This document shows positions 1-9,229 of a DNA stretch of 64,000 bases, in pieces. The position numbers and the translations under genes were made by a program. The notes beneath the pieces are model-generated. The model did no database searches, was not told the DNA's origin, and was given only the letters and a program-made list of their open reading frames with translations. Every line of letters starts with the position of its first letter. Within the stretch, counting starts at the first letter, position 1. The DNA is from an uncultured Nitrososphaerota archaeon (lineage in GTDB: Archaea > Thermoproteota > Nitrososphaeria > Nitrososphaerales > Gagatemarchaeaceae): contig OY969807.1 of the NCBI GenBank assembly GCA_963703285.1, positions 448,001 to 512,000 on the forward strand, given 5' to 3'.

Positions 1-70
1 TCAGGTGCTCGACAAGCCAGGTCGTCTCGACCAGCACCTCGGGGTGAGCATAGTTTCGAGTGGCACTCAT
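1..70 (-). CDS. Sulfurtransferase (rhodanese, CysA/SseA type), N-terminal fragment; runs off the window edge
   Basis: Manual translation from ATG at 70: MSATRNYAHPEVLVETTWLVEHL, the typical YAHPEVLV..W..HL start of two-domain rhodaneses. Confidence 0.75.
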   Translation of the reverse strand, partial: MSATRNYAHPEVLVETTWLVEHL

Positions 71-131
71 AATTGATAGGAGAAATTATTCGCTATATTA
101 ATTATTTTGCTCATGTTATTCTGCTGCGAAT
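71..131. promoter_or_regulatory. AT-rich divergent promoter region (sulfurtransferase / gatDE)
   Basis: Strongly AT-rich gap (TATATTAATTATTT) between divergent genes in an otherwise high-GC sequence. Confidence 0.55.
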
Positions 132-1514
132 ATGAACGGGACGCCTAGTGGTGACTCCAAGGATTTATCTCCACCGTCGCCTAGCGCCCTCACCGTGGAC
201 GAACTTGCGGGGTATCGCGGGCCGGCCCTCGAGAGGCTAGAGGCTGTCGGCGCGAAGATCGGAGACCTCGTCGAGCTGCGTCTGCGCGACGATACGATAA
301 GGGGCACCCTCGTCCCCCGGTACCAGAGCAACGACGACTCGCACATCGTCATCAAGCTGAAGAGCGGCTACAACGTCGGCATCGGGATAGAGCGGGTGTC
401 GGGCATATTGGTCCTCGCGGAGGGTGAGAAGCCCGCCTTCACGTCCAATCCTCCCGGGGCCAAGCACGGGCTCCCCCGCGTCTCGATACTGGGCACCGGC
501 GGCACCATCGCCAGCCGTGTCGACTACAGGACCGGCGCGGTTCGCCCGGCGATATCATCCGAGGACCTCTACTCCCTCATGCCCGAGCTATCGGAGATCG
601 CGGAGGTGTCCCCGGAGATAGTCGTCACGGCCCTGAGCGAGAACCTCGAGCCGAGCCACTGGGGGAAGATCGCGGAGAAGGTCGCCGGGTCGGTTGCGGC
701 CGGGGCCCGCGGCGTGGTCGTCACGACGGGCACGGACGTCATGGGCTACACGAGCGCCGCGCTGAGCTTCGCCCTCCAGGGGGTTCCCGTCCCGGTGCTC
801 GTCGTGGGCTCCCAGCGGTCCTCCGACAGGCCCTCCTCCGATGCCTACCTGAACCTCATGGGAGCGGTCTCGATGGCCGTGACCGCGGAGTTCTCGGGCG
901 TCTACGTCGTCATGCACGCAAACACGAGCGACGAACTCCTCGCGGTGCATCTGGGGACGAGGGTGAGGAAGAACCACACCAGCGCGCGGGACGCGTTCCA
1001 GTCGGTCGGGAGGGACCCCGTGGCGTTCTGGACGCGCGGGGGCCTCCAGCAGGTCTCCGGAGGCCTCCCTCCTAGGGAGTCCGCGCGCTTCTCCGCGAAG
1101 CCCGCCTTCGAGCCTGCCGTCGCTCTCCTGAAGTTCTACCCCTCGATGCCGACGTCCCACCTGGAGGCGATCACCGGCGGGGGTCTGAGGGGCCTAGTCA
1201 TCGAGGGTTCCGGTCTGGGGCACGTCAACAGCAAGAACATCGCGGCGCTCAGGCGCTACATAGAGACGGGGGGCCTGGTCTGCATGACCTCGCAGTGCGT
1301 CTGGGGCCGGGTCGACATGAACGTCTACGACAACGGGAGAGACCTGCTCGGCGCGGGCGTCGTGCCCTTGGAGGACATGCTCGCCGAGACCGCCCTCGCC
1401 AAGATGATGTGGGTTCTCGCCAACACGACGACCGTCGAGCAGGCGGGGTCCCTGATGAGGACGAGCCTGGCGGGCGAGATCAACGAAAGGTCGATGCCGA
1501 GCCGATCAGCATGA
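132..1514 (+). CDS. gatD: Glu-tRNA(Gln) amidotransferase subunit D
   Basis: IKLKSGYNVG N-domain, GTGGTIASRVDYRTGAV and GSQRSSDRPSSD asparaginase-like motifs; overlaps gatE by ATGA; true start may be slightly downstream. Confidence 0.95.
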   Translation: MNGTPSGDSKDLSPPSPSALTVDELAGYRGPALERLEAVGAKIGDLVELRLRDDTIRGTLVPRYQSNDDSHIVIKLKSGYNVGIGIERVSGILVLAEGEKPAFTSNPPGAKHGLPRVSILGTGGTIASRVDYRTGAVRPAISSEDLYSLMPELSEIAEVSPEIVVTALSENLEPSHWGKIAEKVAGSVAAGARGVVVTTGTDVMGYTSAALSFALQGVPVPVLVVGSQRSSDRPSSDAYLNLMGAVSMAVTAEFSGVYVVMHANTSDELLAVHLGTRVRKNHTSARDAFQSVGRDPVAFWTRGGLQQVSGGLPPRESARFSAKPAFEPAVALLKFYPSMPTSHLEAITGGGLRGLVIEGSGLGHVNSKNIAALRRYIETGGLVCMTSQCVWGRVDMNVYDNGRDLLGAGVVPLEDMLAETALAKMMWVLANTTTVEQAGSLMRTSLAGEINERSMPSRSA

Positions 1515-3418
1515 CACTGCCCTTCGACCCATCCGAGGCGGGGATGAAGGTGGGCATCGAGATACACCAGCAGCTCGCCACGACGAAGAAGCTCTTCTGC
1601 CCTTGCCCCGTTGTCAAGTCCTCGGAGCTCCCGCTCTCCTTCGAGAGGAGGCTCAGGCCGAGCCAGAGCGAGCTCGGAAGGATCGACCCAGCGGCGGTCT
1701 TCGAGTTCAACAAGGGCAAAGCGAACAGGTACATGTGGAATCCGGAGTCGTCCTGCCTCGTTGAGGCGGACGAGGAACCACCCCACGCCATGAACCGCGA
1801 CGCCATAGGGATCGGCCTGCTCATCTCCTCGATGCTGGGCGCCAGGGCCATCGAGGAGATTCACGTCATGAGGAAGATCGTCATCGACGGGTCGAACACC
1901 TCGGGCTTCCAGAGGACCGCCGTGGTCGGGCTGGGTGGGCGCCTGGCGTTCGACGGGAAGTCCGTCGGCGTGCAGTCGGTCACGGTCGAGGAGGACTCCG
2001 CCAGGGTCCTCGGCGAGGAGCCCGGCTTCAGGTCGTTCGCACTGGATAGGCTCGGTGTGCCTCTGGTCGAGATCGCGCTCGACCCGCTGGTCGGCTTCCC
2101 CGAGGACGTCGAGAGCGCCGCGCTCCAACTAGGGAGGGCGCTGAGGTCGACCGGCAAGGTCGCACGCGGGCTCGGGACGATCAGGCAGGACCTCAACGTC
2201 TCTGTCATGGGGGGCGAGGTCGTGGAGGTGAAGGGCGTCCAGAAGCTGAACCTCATAGCGAAGGTGGTCCGGTACGAGGGCCTGCGGCAGGTGGGCCTCA
2301 TCCGCATCGCGGAGGAGATCAAGGGGCGCGGAATAGCATCGGTGAGCTGCCGCGTGGTCGAAGCGACATCGCACCTCCCATCGAGCTCCTCCCCGATAGT
2401 CAGGAAGGCGGTGCACGACGGGGGCGACGTGCTCTGCGTCGTCGCAGGAGGGCTCGCGGGCATCCTCGGCTTCGAGCCCTTCCCGGGGATAAGGCTCGGG
2501 AAAGAGCTCGCCGAGATAGCGAGGACAAACTCGCTGGGCGGCGTCATCCACTCGGACGAGTTCCGAAAGCAGAGGATCTCGGAGGCCGAGGAGTCTGCCC
2601 TCAGGAGGGCGACGGGTGCTTCTGAGAAGGATGGCCTCGTCCTGGTCGCGGGCCCACGGGAGAGCACCTCCGTGGTCGCATCTCTCCTGGCCGAGAGGCT
2701 GGAGGCCGCGGCGAGGGGGGTCCCCAAGGAGACCCGGGCGGCGACCGAGGAGGGGGAGACGAGGTACCTCAGGCCGCGTCCGGGGGCAGCCAGGATGTAC
2801 CCGGAGACGGACATACCAGAGATCGTGATCACCGAGGCCTGGATGGCCGAGATAGAAGGCGCCATCCCCGTGCCGTGGGAGGAGAAGGTCCGGTCCTACG
2901 TCGACCTGTACTCGCTCAGCCCCGACCTCTCCCTCCGGTTGTACGATTCCGGTGACGCACCGCTCTTCGAGAAGCTCGCCGACGTGCTGAGCCTGGACCG
3001 GTCCGTCGTTGCGTCCATCCTTGTGGAGCTGCCAGCACGTCTCGCGAGAGAGGGGCTGGACGAGAGCAGGATCACCGAGCTTCAGCTGACTGAGCTGCTC
3101 ACATCCCTGGACAGGGGTGAGTTTGCGAAGGAGGCCGCCGTCGAGGTACTCCGGGAGGTCGCGGGAGGAGGGGCGGCGACGGTCGGGGAGGCGGTCAAGA
3201 AGCTCAAGCTGTCGCACCTCCCCGAGGAGGAGCTGCGGGCGACCATAGACAGGGTCGTGCGTGACAATCGGTCCCTCATCGAGGAGAAGGGCGACCGTTC
3301 CTTCAGCGTGCTCATGGGAGAGGTGATGAAGACCGCGAGGGGGCGCGTCGACGGCGAGGTCGTCAGCCGGCTCCTCAGGGAGCGGATGGCCGAAACCCGT
3401 GAGAACTCGGCGGGATAG
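1511..3418 (+). CDS. gatE: Glu-tRNA(Gln) amidotransferase subunit E
   Basis: KVGIEIHQQL, RKIVIDGSNTSGFQRT, RGLGTIRQDLNVS, RPRPGAARMYPETD; ATG at 1511. Confidence 0.96.
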   Translation: MTLPFDPSEAGMKVGIEIHQQLATTKKLFCPCPVVKSSELPLSFERRLRPSQSELGRIDPAAVFEFNKGKANRYMWNPESSCLVEADEEPPHAMNRDAIGIGLLISSMLGARAIEEIHVMRKIVIDGSNTSGFQRTAVVGLGGRLAFDGKSVGVQSVTVEEDSARVLGEEPGFRSFALDRLGVPLVEIALDPLVGFPEDVESAALQLGRALRSTGKVARGLGTIRQDLNVSVMGGEVVEVKGVQKLNLIAKVVRYEGLRQVGLIRIAEEIKGRGIASVSCRVVEATSHLPSSSSPIVRKAVHDGGDVLCVVAGGLAGILGFEPFPGIRLGKELAEIARTNSLGGVIHSDEFRKQRISEAEESALRRATGASEKDGLVLVAGPRESTSVVASLLAERLEAAARGVPKETRAATEEGETRYLRPRPGAARMYPETDIPEIVITEAWMAEIEGAIPVPWEEKVRSYVDLYSLSPDLSLRLYDSGDAPLFEKLADVLSLDRSVVASILVELPARLAREGLDESRITELQLTELLTSLDRGEFAKEAAVEVLREVAGGGAATVGEAVKKLKLSHLPEEELRATIDRVVRDNRSLIEEKGDRSFSVLMGEVMKTARGRVDGEVVSRLLRERMAETRENSAG

Positions 3419-3447
3419 ATTTTCGACGCAAAAGTTTAGAAACTCAG

Positions 3448-3993
3448 GTGGAGGGGTTCCTCGCGTTGTCATCAGATAGGATCAAGATTAGAGTCAGGTC
3501 GGGTCAGAACGAGGCAGAGATCGAGGCGGAGGCTGGAAGGATCAGGGAAGCCATCGAACTGATCCCCGAGATAGCGAGCAAACTACCAGAGAGCAGGCCC
3601 GACGTTCGCCGCGTCCTCTCTCCCAACGAACCGACCTCGGCCCAGCCGCCGGCAGACGTGCGGTCCGGCTCCGAACTTCCTGCGATCTCGATAGAGAAGG
3701 GGGACTCTCTCAGCGACGTCATCACGAAGTTCTTCGCCGACCAGTGGGGCAGGTCCCCCAGGAAGCTCTCTGAGGTCCGCGACGCCCTCCAGTCCTACGG
3801 GTTGAACTATCCAAAACAGTCAGTAGCGGTAGCGTTGCTGAGGCTCGCCAAGTCGTCGAGGATGAGGAGGTTCAAGAGCGAGGGCGGCGAGTACGTCTAC
3901 ACGACGTCGACGGCGATGATGCCATCTCAGGTCCTGATCCTCCCTGACACAGAGGAGGCGCAGCCAGCGGTCCAGAGCTCGGCAAACCTTTAA
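3448..3993 (+). CDS. Hypothetical protein: N-terminal beta-hairpin/helix + C-terminal winged helix (triad member 1)
   Basis: Host-like codon usage; C-terminal PRKLSEVRDALQSYGLNYPKQSVAVALLRLAKSSRMRR...YVY has a wHTH pattern. Confidence 0.7.
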   Translation: MEGFLALSSDRIKIRVRSGQNEAEIEAEAGRIREAIELIPEIASKLPESRPDVRRVLSPNEPTSAQPPADVRSGSELPAISIEKGDSLSDVITKFFADQWGRSPRKLSEVRDALQSYGLNYPKQSVAVALLRLAKSSRMRRFKSEGGEYVYTTSTAMMPSQVLILPDTEEAQPAVQSSANL

Positions 3994-4028
3994 GCGCCGC
4001 AGGACCGGCTCGCTGAACCAGGTGTCGG

Positions 4029-4562
4029 TTGCAGTTGTCTAGCGAGAAGCCGCTCTCCATCTCCGTCGCCTACGGCGATGTGAAGGTCGATTTCTCAGGG
4101 TCTCCCGAGGTCGTGTTTCGCTCCCTCCACGAGTTCATCAGCAAGGAGATACCGAACATAGACCTCGCGAAGAGCATCTCCGTCAACTACTCGCTGAACG
4201 ACCTCGTCCAGATGTTCAAGGACTACATCCGCTTCACGGAGGAGGGGCCCCGGGTCTGGGTCCAGGACAGGAAGCTCAGCGACAAAGACGTCATCCTGCT
4301 ACAGCTCGCCGCTGCGAGGGCCGCCCGCCTCTCGGGGAAGGCTCAGCACGAGGACATGAGCGTCTCGGAGCTCGAGACCGCCACTTCCCTCAACCCGAAG
4401 ACGATCGGCTCCAGGCTGTCAGAGCTCAACAAGGCCGGCGCGGCGGAGCGCAGGGACGTGGACGGCACTGGGAGGTACAAGATCACGACGACCGGCGTCC
4501 ACTGGCTGCACACGCAGCTCCAGAAGAAGTTCCCGAAGGGCGCTCAGGTCCCGCCGGTCTGA
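4029..4562 (+). CDS. Hypothetical protein: N-terminal beta-hairpin/helix + C-terminal winged helix (triad member 2)
   Basis: MSVSELETATSLNPKTIGSRLSELNKAGAAER...GRYKITTTG is a clear wHTH. Confidence 0.75.
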   Translation: MQLSSEKPLSISVAYGDVKVDFSGSPEVVFRSLHEFISKEIPNIDLAKSISVNYSLNDLVQMFKDYIRFTEEGPRVWVQDRKLSDKDVILLQLAAARAARLSGKAQHEDMSVSELETATSLNPKTIGSRLSELNKAGAAERRDVDGTGRYKITTTGVHWLHTQLQKKFPKGAQVPPV

Positions 4563-4969
4563 GCCGAGGGCCTCTTCTGCACGTACCTGTAATTCCTCAT
4601 CGTCCCGTCCCTCGAGAGCGTCCCCTCGCGCACGAGGTCCACGAGCGCGTGGGAGACGGCCGTCCTGTCGTAGTGGTATCCGCGCCTCGCCATCTCGTCG
4701 TGCACCTCGGAGAGCGCCCTCTCCGCCCCGAACCAACCCTCCTTCCACATCGTCTGTAGCAGCCCCCTGCAGGTCTCGAACCTCCTCTCGCCCTCTTCCT
4801 CGGTCCCGCCCTCCGGGGGCGCGATTGCGACCTCCTCCTTCGAGGCCATGCCCGCTATCACGCTCTCCACCGCCTGCTGGACCTTGTCCGCGGGCGAGGT
4901 GATCTCAATCTCCCATGCCCCCCTCTTGAGCTTCACGGTCACGTTGAGCGGCTGGGGGTCGGTAGACAA
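4544..4969 (-). CDS. Hypothetical protein: N-terminal beta-hairpin/helix + C-terminal winged helix (triad member 3)
   Basis: EGWFGAERALSEVHDEMARRGYHYDRTAVSHALVDLVREGTLSRDG...YRY wHTH; probable TTG start at 4969 preceded by AGGAG. Confidence 0.7.
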   Translation of the reverse strand: MSTDPQPLNVTVKLKRGAWEIEITSPADKVQQAVESVIAGMASKEEVAIAPPEGGTEEEGERRFETCRGLLQTMWKEGWFGAERALSEVHDEMARRGYHYDRTAVSHALVDLVREGTLSRDGTMRNYRYVQKRPSAQTGGT

Positions 4970-4992
4970 AACGCTCCTATCCTTGTTGTTCC

Positions 4993-5116
4993 TGTTGCGC
5001 ATCTTGGGCGCCTTATTTAAGATGAGCCCGCAGAGGACCATGGATTCCTTATTGCGCAAGCGCATGTTGCGCAATACTTATAAAGCAAGATGCCGTAGCC
5101 CATGTTGCGCAACATG
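4993..5116. promoter_or_regulatory. Divergent promoter with four TTGCGCA(A) palindromic boxes (putative operators)
   Basis: TGTTGCGCAT 4993-5002, TATTGCGCAAG 5050-5060, CATGTTGCGCAATA 5063-5076, perfect CATGTTGCGCAACATG 5101-5116; TATA-like TTATTTAA 5013-5020 (minus strand) and CTTATAAA 5077-5084 (plus strand). Confidence 0.7.
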
Positions 5117-6108
5117 AGCACTCAACTTAAGGTCGCGACCGTGGTCAACGTGGACGCGCTTACCCTCCTTGCGAGCGAGTTCCGCGGGCAGTTCAACGAG
5201 GCCTCGGTGGTGATAAACGAGCGGCTCGTCGGCAGGCCATTCATATTCAACAGGGACGGGAAGGACACCTATCCGTTTGAGGGGTGGGAGGGCGGGTCCG
5301 AGGGCGAGGCACTCCTCATCGAAGCCTCCGCGGAGTCGGTGACCATAGCATCGACCGACTCGTCTTGCATCCTTCTTGGGGAGAGCTCGGACGGAGCCGT
5401 CTACGCGGTCCGCGCCGCCGTCTGCTTCGCTTGTCAGGGCTCCGTACAGGGCTACTTCAGGATAGGACCGATCATCGTCCACCTCTCTCCGCTCGGGTCG
5501 CTGGGCCTTCCCGCGAGGCTCGAAGGCTACGAGCTTAGGGTGGCGCTCTCGGACCACCTCATAGCCGAGAGGATCATCAGGAACGCGGTCGAGAAGAAGA
5601 TACTCGCCTCGCTCCTCTCGTTCCCCGGGAGGATGGTCGTCGTGGCCGACGGCTCTCTCAAGCACCCGCTCGACACCTTCCCCGCGTCGCTGCTGAGGGA
5701 CGAAGGGTCGGAGTCCCCCCTGGTCGGTTTCTCCAAGTCGAGCGGCATCATATCGTCCAACAGACTCTCGGCGCTCGTCTCCAGGGCGGCGGGCCCCGCC
5801 TACAGCACGGTCTCCGACGGTCCAGTCCAGACGCTGCTCGCGAAGTTCTCGAGGGACGGGCTCGTCTTCAGGCTCGACCTCGCCAGGACGGGGGGAGGGT
5901 CGGGGTGACGCTGGGCTGCATGCTATCCAACGACTCGTACAACGCAGGGTATCCCGAGTCTCTCCGTGTGGCGCACCACCTCTCGGTCTTCTCGAGGTGC
6001 GAGGACATGGCGCTCAAGGCCTACATCTCGAACAGGTACTCGCTCAAGCAGCTGAGGTCCTTCGGGCTCCGCAGGATAGCTCTGGGCGGGCTGAGCAACT
6101 CCGGGTGA
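5114..6108 (+). CDS. nurA: NurA-family nuclease, split at ~5890-5908 (frameshift in a G6 run, or two coupled ORFs 5114-5908 and 5905-6108)
   Basis: ASTDSS and VVVADGSL acidic motifs, VGFSKSS, and C-terminal GYPESLRVAHH in the second frame; directly upstream of herA. Confidence 0.8.
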
Positions 6109-6114
6109 GCGTGG

Positions 6115-7578
6115 GTGAGGATCCTTAGGAAGGACGGCCCAAACATCCTGGTGGTGGCCTCCCACAACGAGGACGTAAGGATGGGGGACTATCTCATGGT
6201 CACTGAGAAGGACAGGAGCCTTGTGCTCCAGGTAATCGACGAGAACTACCTGGACGTGGACGGCATAATGGAGGAGGTCGCTAGGGAGGAGGTTCTCCTC
6301 TCGTCCGTGCAGGGGATGACAGAGGACCCCGCGGGCGTGGGGAGCATCTCCAGGGAGATACGCGACATGAGGCTCCTCCAGTGCAAGGCCAGAGGAAGCG
6401 TGGAGCACGGCCGGCATAGCCCCCGGATCGACTGGATCCCCTCACGGACCACCTCGGTGATAACGAGGCAAAACGTGAACGAGATCCTCGATTCGGCGGG
6501 CAACCGGGGGCAGAGGAGGATCAAGATAGGCAAGTCTGGCAGGGCCTCCTCCTTCTCAGTGACCGCCGAGGCCCTCGACGGCAGGATCACGATAATCACG
6601 GGGAGAAAGGAGTCGGGCAAGTCCCACCTCGCCAAGATGCTGGTCAGGGGGCTGCTCGAGCACGGCGCCTACTGCATAGTCTTCGATCTCAACGACGAAT
6701 ACGGTTCCATCGGCCTCGCAGCCGACGGGACCAAGACGGGCGTCGCCGACAGGGTGGAGGTCCGCAAGCCCGCCAGGGACATGAAGTTCAGCCTGGAGGC
6801 TGCGGGGCTGCGCGCGGTCACCTCCCTCCTCCAGCACTCGCTGGAGATGCCGGGCACCACCATGCGGGAGTTCATGAGGATCTGGGAGAACATGGAGAGC
6901 AAGCACGACCTCTCGATGGAGTCGCTGGGGACGTACATCCAGCAGTGGAGGTGCAACGAGTTCGTTCGGGACGCCCTCAACGCGCGGTACTACACGCTCT
7001 CGAACTCCGGTCTCTTCAGCGACTCCGACCGCGCCTTCCGGCTGGACGACTTCTTCAGGTCTCACCCGGACGGCGGCGCGCTCGTGATCTCCCTCAGCAG
7101 GGTGTCGCCGCTCAATCGGAGGATGACCGTCGAGCTGATACTCTCGAAGCTCGTCGAGCTGCTGGAGCAGAGGGCGATCCCGCCCGTCTTCCTGCTCTCG
7201 GAGGAGGCGCACCTCTACCTAAGGGAGACCTACTGGGAGGACCTGATAACGAGGATGAGGCACTTCGGCGTCTTCACGACCTTCGTGACGAACCAGCCCG
7301 ACGCCATAAAGCCCGAGATCTACAGGCAGGCCGACAACATCTTCCTGTACAACTTCTCGAGCGAGACCGACCTCAACATGGTCGCCCAGGCCTCGATGGT
7401 GGACACAGACACGGTCAGGTCGATAGTCAGGACCCTCCCTCCGCGGATGTGCCTCGTGCTGGGGCACGCCGTGAACAACCTGCCTGTGGTGGTGGCGATA
7501 GACGAGTTCGACGCTCCGCCGAGCGGCATAACGAGGCGCTTCTTCGACGGGCGCGTGGTCGCAACCCTCAGCAGGTGA
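6115..7578 (+). CDS. herA: HerA/FtsK-family ATPase (DUF87) DNA translocase
   Basis: N-terminal HAS-barrel-like region, Walker A GRKESGKS, VFDLNDEY, Walker B LLSEEAHLY, RMRHFG, TNQP. Confidence 0.88.
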   Translation: MRILRKDGPNILVVASHNEDVRMGDYLMVTEKDRSLVLQVIDENYLDVDGIMEEVAREEVLLSSVQGMTEDPAGVGSISREIRDMRLLQCKARGSVEHGRHSPRIDWIPSRTTSVITRQNVNEILDSAGNRGQRRIKIGKSGRASSFSVTAEALDGRITIITGRKESGKSHLAKMLVRGLLEHGAYCIVFDLNDEYGSIGLAADGTKTGVADRVEVRKPARDMKFSLEAAGLRAVTSLLQHSLEMPGTTMREFMRIWENMESKHDLSMESLGTYIQQWRCNEFVRDALNARYYTLSNSGLFSDSDRAFRLDDFFRSHPDGGALVISLSRVSPLNRRMTVELILSKLVELLEQRAIPPVFLLSEEAHLYLRETYWEDLITRMRHFGVFTTFVTNQPDAIKPEIYRQADNIFLYNFSSETDLNMVAQASMVDTDTVRSIVRTLPPRMCLVLGHAVNNLPVVVAIDEFDAPPSGITRRFFDGRVVATLSR

Positions 7579-7642
7579 CCCGGTAGTTCGGGGTGAGGTC
7601 CGGTTCGGCAAATGTTTAAAGCGGATTCGCTAAACGCCAAGC

Positions 7643-8338
7643 ATGTTGGAGTCTAGCCGGCAGGATTCCCTTATCAAGATTGCAGGTGAAGTGGTCGCCA
7701 GCCCCGATCCCGGGAGGGCGCTCAAGGTCTGGCGCGAGAAGCTCGCGATAAAGCAGGTCCAGCTCGCGAGGGCCCTGAAGCTCTCCCCTTCCGTCCTGAG
7801 CGACTACGAGAGCGGCAGGAGGCCCTCTCCCGGCGTGATGTTCGTGAGGAAGTACATCGAGGCGCTCGTCTCGCTCGACGAGGCTCACGGCAGGGTCGCG
7901 TCCAGGCTCCTGACACCCGAGAAGAGCTCGGCGATTCTCGCCATCAGCGAGTTCAACCGCCCGATCTCGGCGAGCGCCATACTTGCCGCGGTCAAGGGCA
8001 CGGTCCTCTCCGGCGACCCTTCCAGGACCAGCCTCTACGGTTACACGGTGGTGGACAGCATAAAGACGATCTACGCGCTCTCGGGCTACGACTTCTACAG
8101 GATATTCGGCGCGACGACCGAGAGGGCAATCGTCTTCACCAAGGTGGGCGCTGGGAGGAGCCCGCTGGTCGCGGTGCGTGTCTCCCAGCTGAAGCCGAGG
8201 ATGGTCGTGATCCATGGCCCGACCCAGACGGACCCGCTCGCCATAGAGCTCGCCAAGAAGGAGGGCCTGATATTCGCCCTCTCCAACGCGGCAAACGAGG
8301 AGGAGATCATCTCCTCCCTTCGAGCCCTGACCCAGTAA
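7643..8338 (+). CDS. Conserved archaeal XRE-family HTH transcriptional regulator (COG1709-like)
   Basis: KIAGEVVASPDPGRALKVWRE...SPSVLSDYESGRR...FTKVGAGRSPLVAVRV. Confidence 0.85.
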   Translation: MLESSRQDSLIKIAGEVVASPDPGRALKVWREKLAIKQVQLARALKLSPSVLSDYESGRRPSPGVMFVRKYIEALVSLDEAHGRVASRLLTPEKSSAILAISEFNRPISASAILAAVKGTVLSGDPSRTSLYGYTVVDSIKTIYALSGYDFYRIFGATTERAIVFTKVGAGRSPLVAVRVSQLKPRMVVIHGPTQTDPLAIELAKKEGLIFALSNAANEEEIISSLRALTQ

Positions 8339-8432
8339 CCGCCGGCCGCTGGGCCCCCGCACCCGTTTGGCAACCCTTTTAGGCACACCTCCGACACGGC
8401 CCGCGACAACATTGCCCCCGGCGGACCTGCTA

Positions 8433-9229
8433 ATGGCCCTGGGAGAGCTCGCTGTGGTCATCGCGTTTGCGCTGACAGCGATTGGAGCAAAGGCCATCGA
8501 CAAGAGAGGCTTCCTCGCGAGCGTCGCCGTGGGTTTTGCGATCTTCCTCGGGGGAGGCTGGAGGTGGTTCGTCATAATCGCCTCCTTCTTCGTCCTCGCG
8601 GTGAGCGCGACCTGGTTCAAGTACGAGTACAAGAAGAGCCTGGGTAGCGCCCAGGAGAAGGGGGAACGCGGAACTGGCCGAACATCCTCGCCAACGGGGG
8701 CGCCGCGGCCGTCTTCGGTTTGGCGGAGCTCATCGCGGGAGGCTCCGTCTTTGCCATCCTGTACCTCGGCGCCATGTCGGCCGCGGCCTCTGACACGGTC
8801 GCGACGGAGCTCGGCCTCCTGAGCAGGTCCGAGCCCCGCCTGATAACACGGCTTAGGGAGAGAGTACGCCCGGGGACCTCCGGCGGAGTAACTGCGCTGG
8901 GCTTTGGAGGGACCCTGATAGCGTCGGTGGCAATCGGCGTGATAGCCGCCGTCCTCGGCGTGGTGAGGGAGCTTCCGGCGCCAGAGGTGGTCGCCATCAC
9001 GGCAGCGGGAGGCATCATCGGTTCGGTCGTCGACAGCATTGTGGGGGCGACGGTTCAGGGGAAGGGCGTTTGTTCGGTCTGCGGCAACCCGACCGAGAGC
9101 TTCATCCACTGCGGGAAGCGGGCTCGGAGGCTGTCCGGGTTCTCCAGCGTAGACAACAACATCGTGAACCTTGTCGCCACGATCGCGGGGGCAGCCGCTT
9201 CGCTCGCCATCTTTGCTTTCGTCGTCTAG
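8433..9229 (+). CDS. DUF92/TMEM19 membrane protein, frameshifted at ~8660-8664
   Basis: Adding one G to the run at 8660-8664 gives QEKGGTRNWPNILANGG, which joins ASDTVATELG, PGTSGGVT and VDSIVGATVQ motifs. Confidence 0.85.

Noticed and set aside
4993-5116. Repeated TTGCGCAA words as a mini-CRISPR array
   Set aside because: Repeats are only 8-16 bp, irregularly spaced, with no spacers of uniform length and no cas genes; they fit operator sites
5114-7578. nurA-herA as an anti-phage defence island (e.g. Sir2-HerA type)
   Set aside because: Host-like GC and codon usage, embedded in housekeeping genes, no Sir2 or other defence genes nearby
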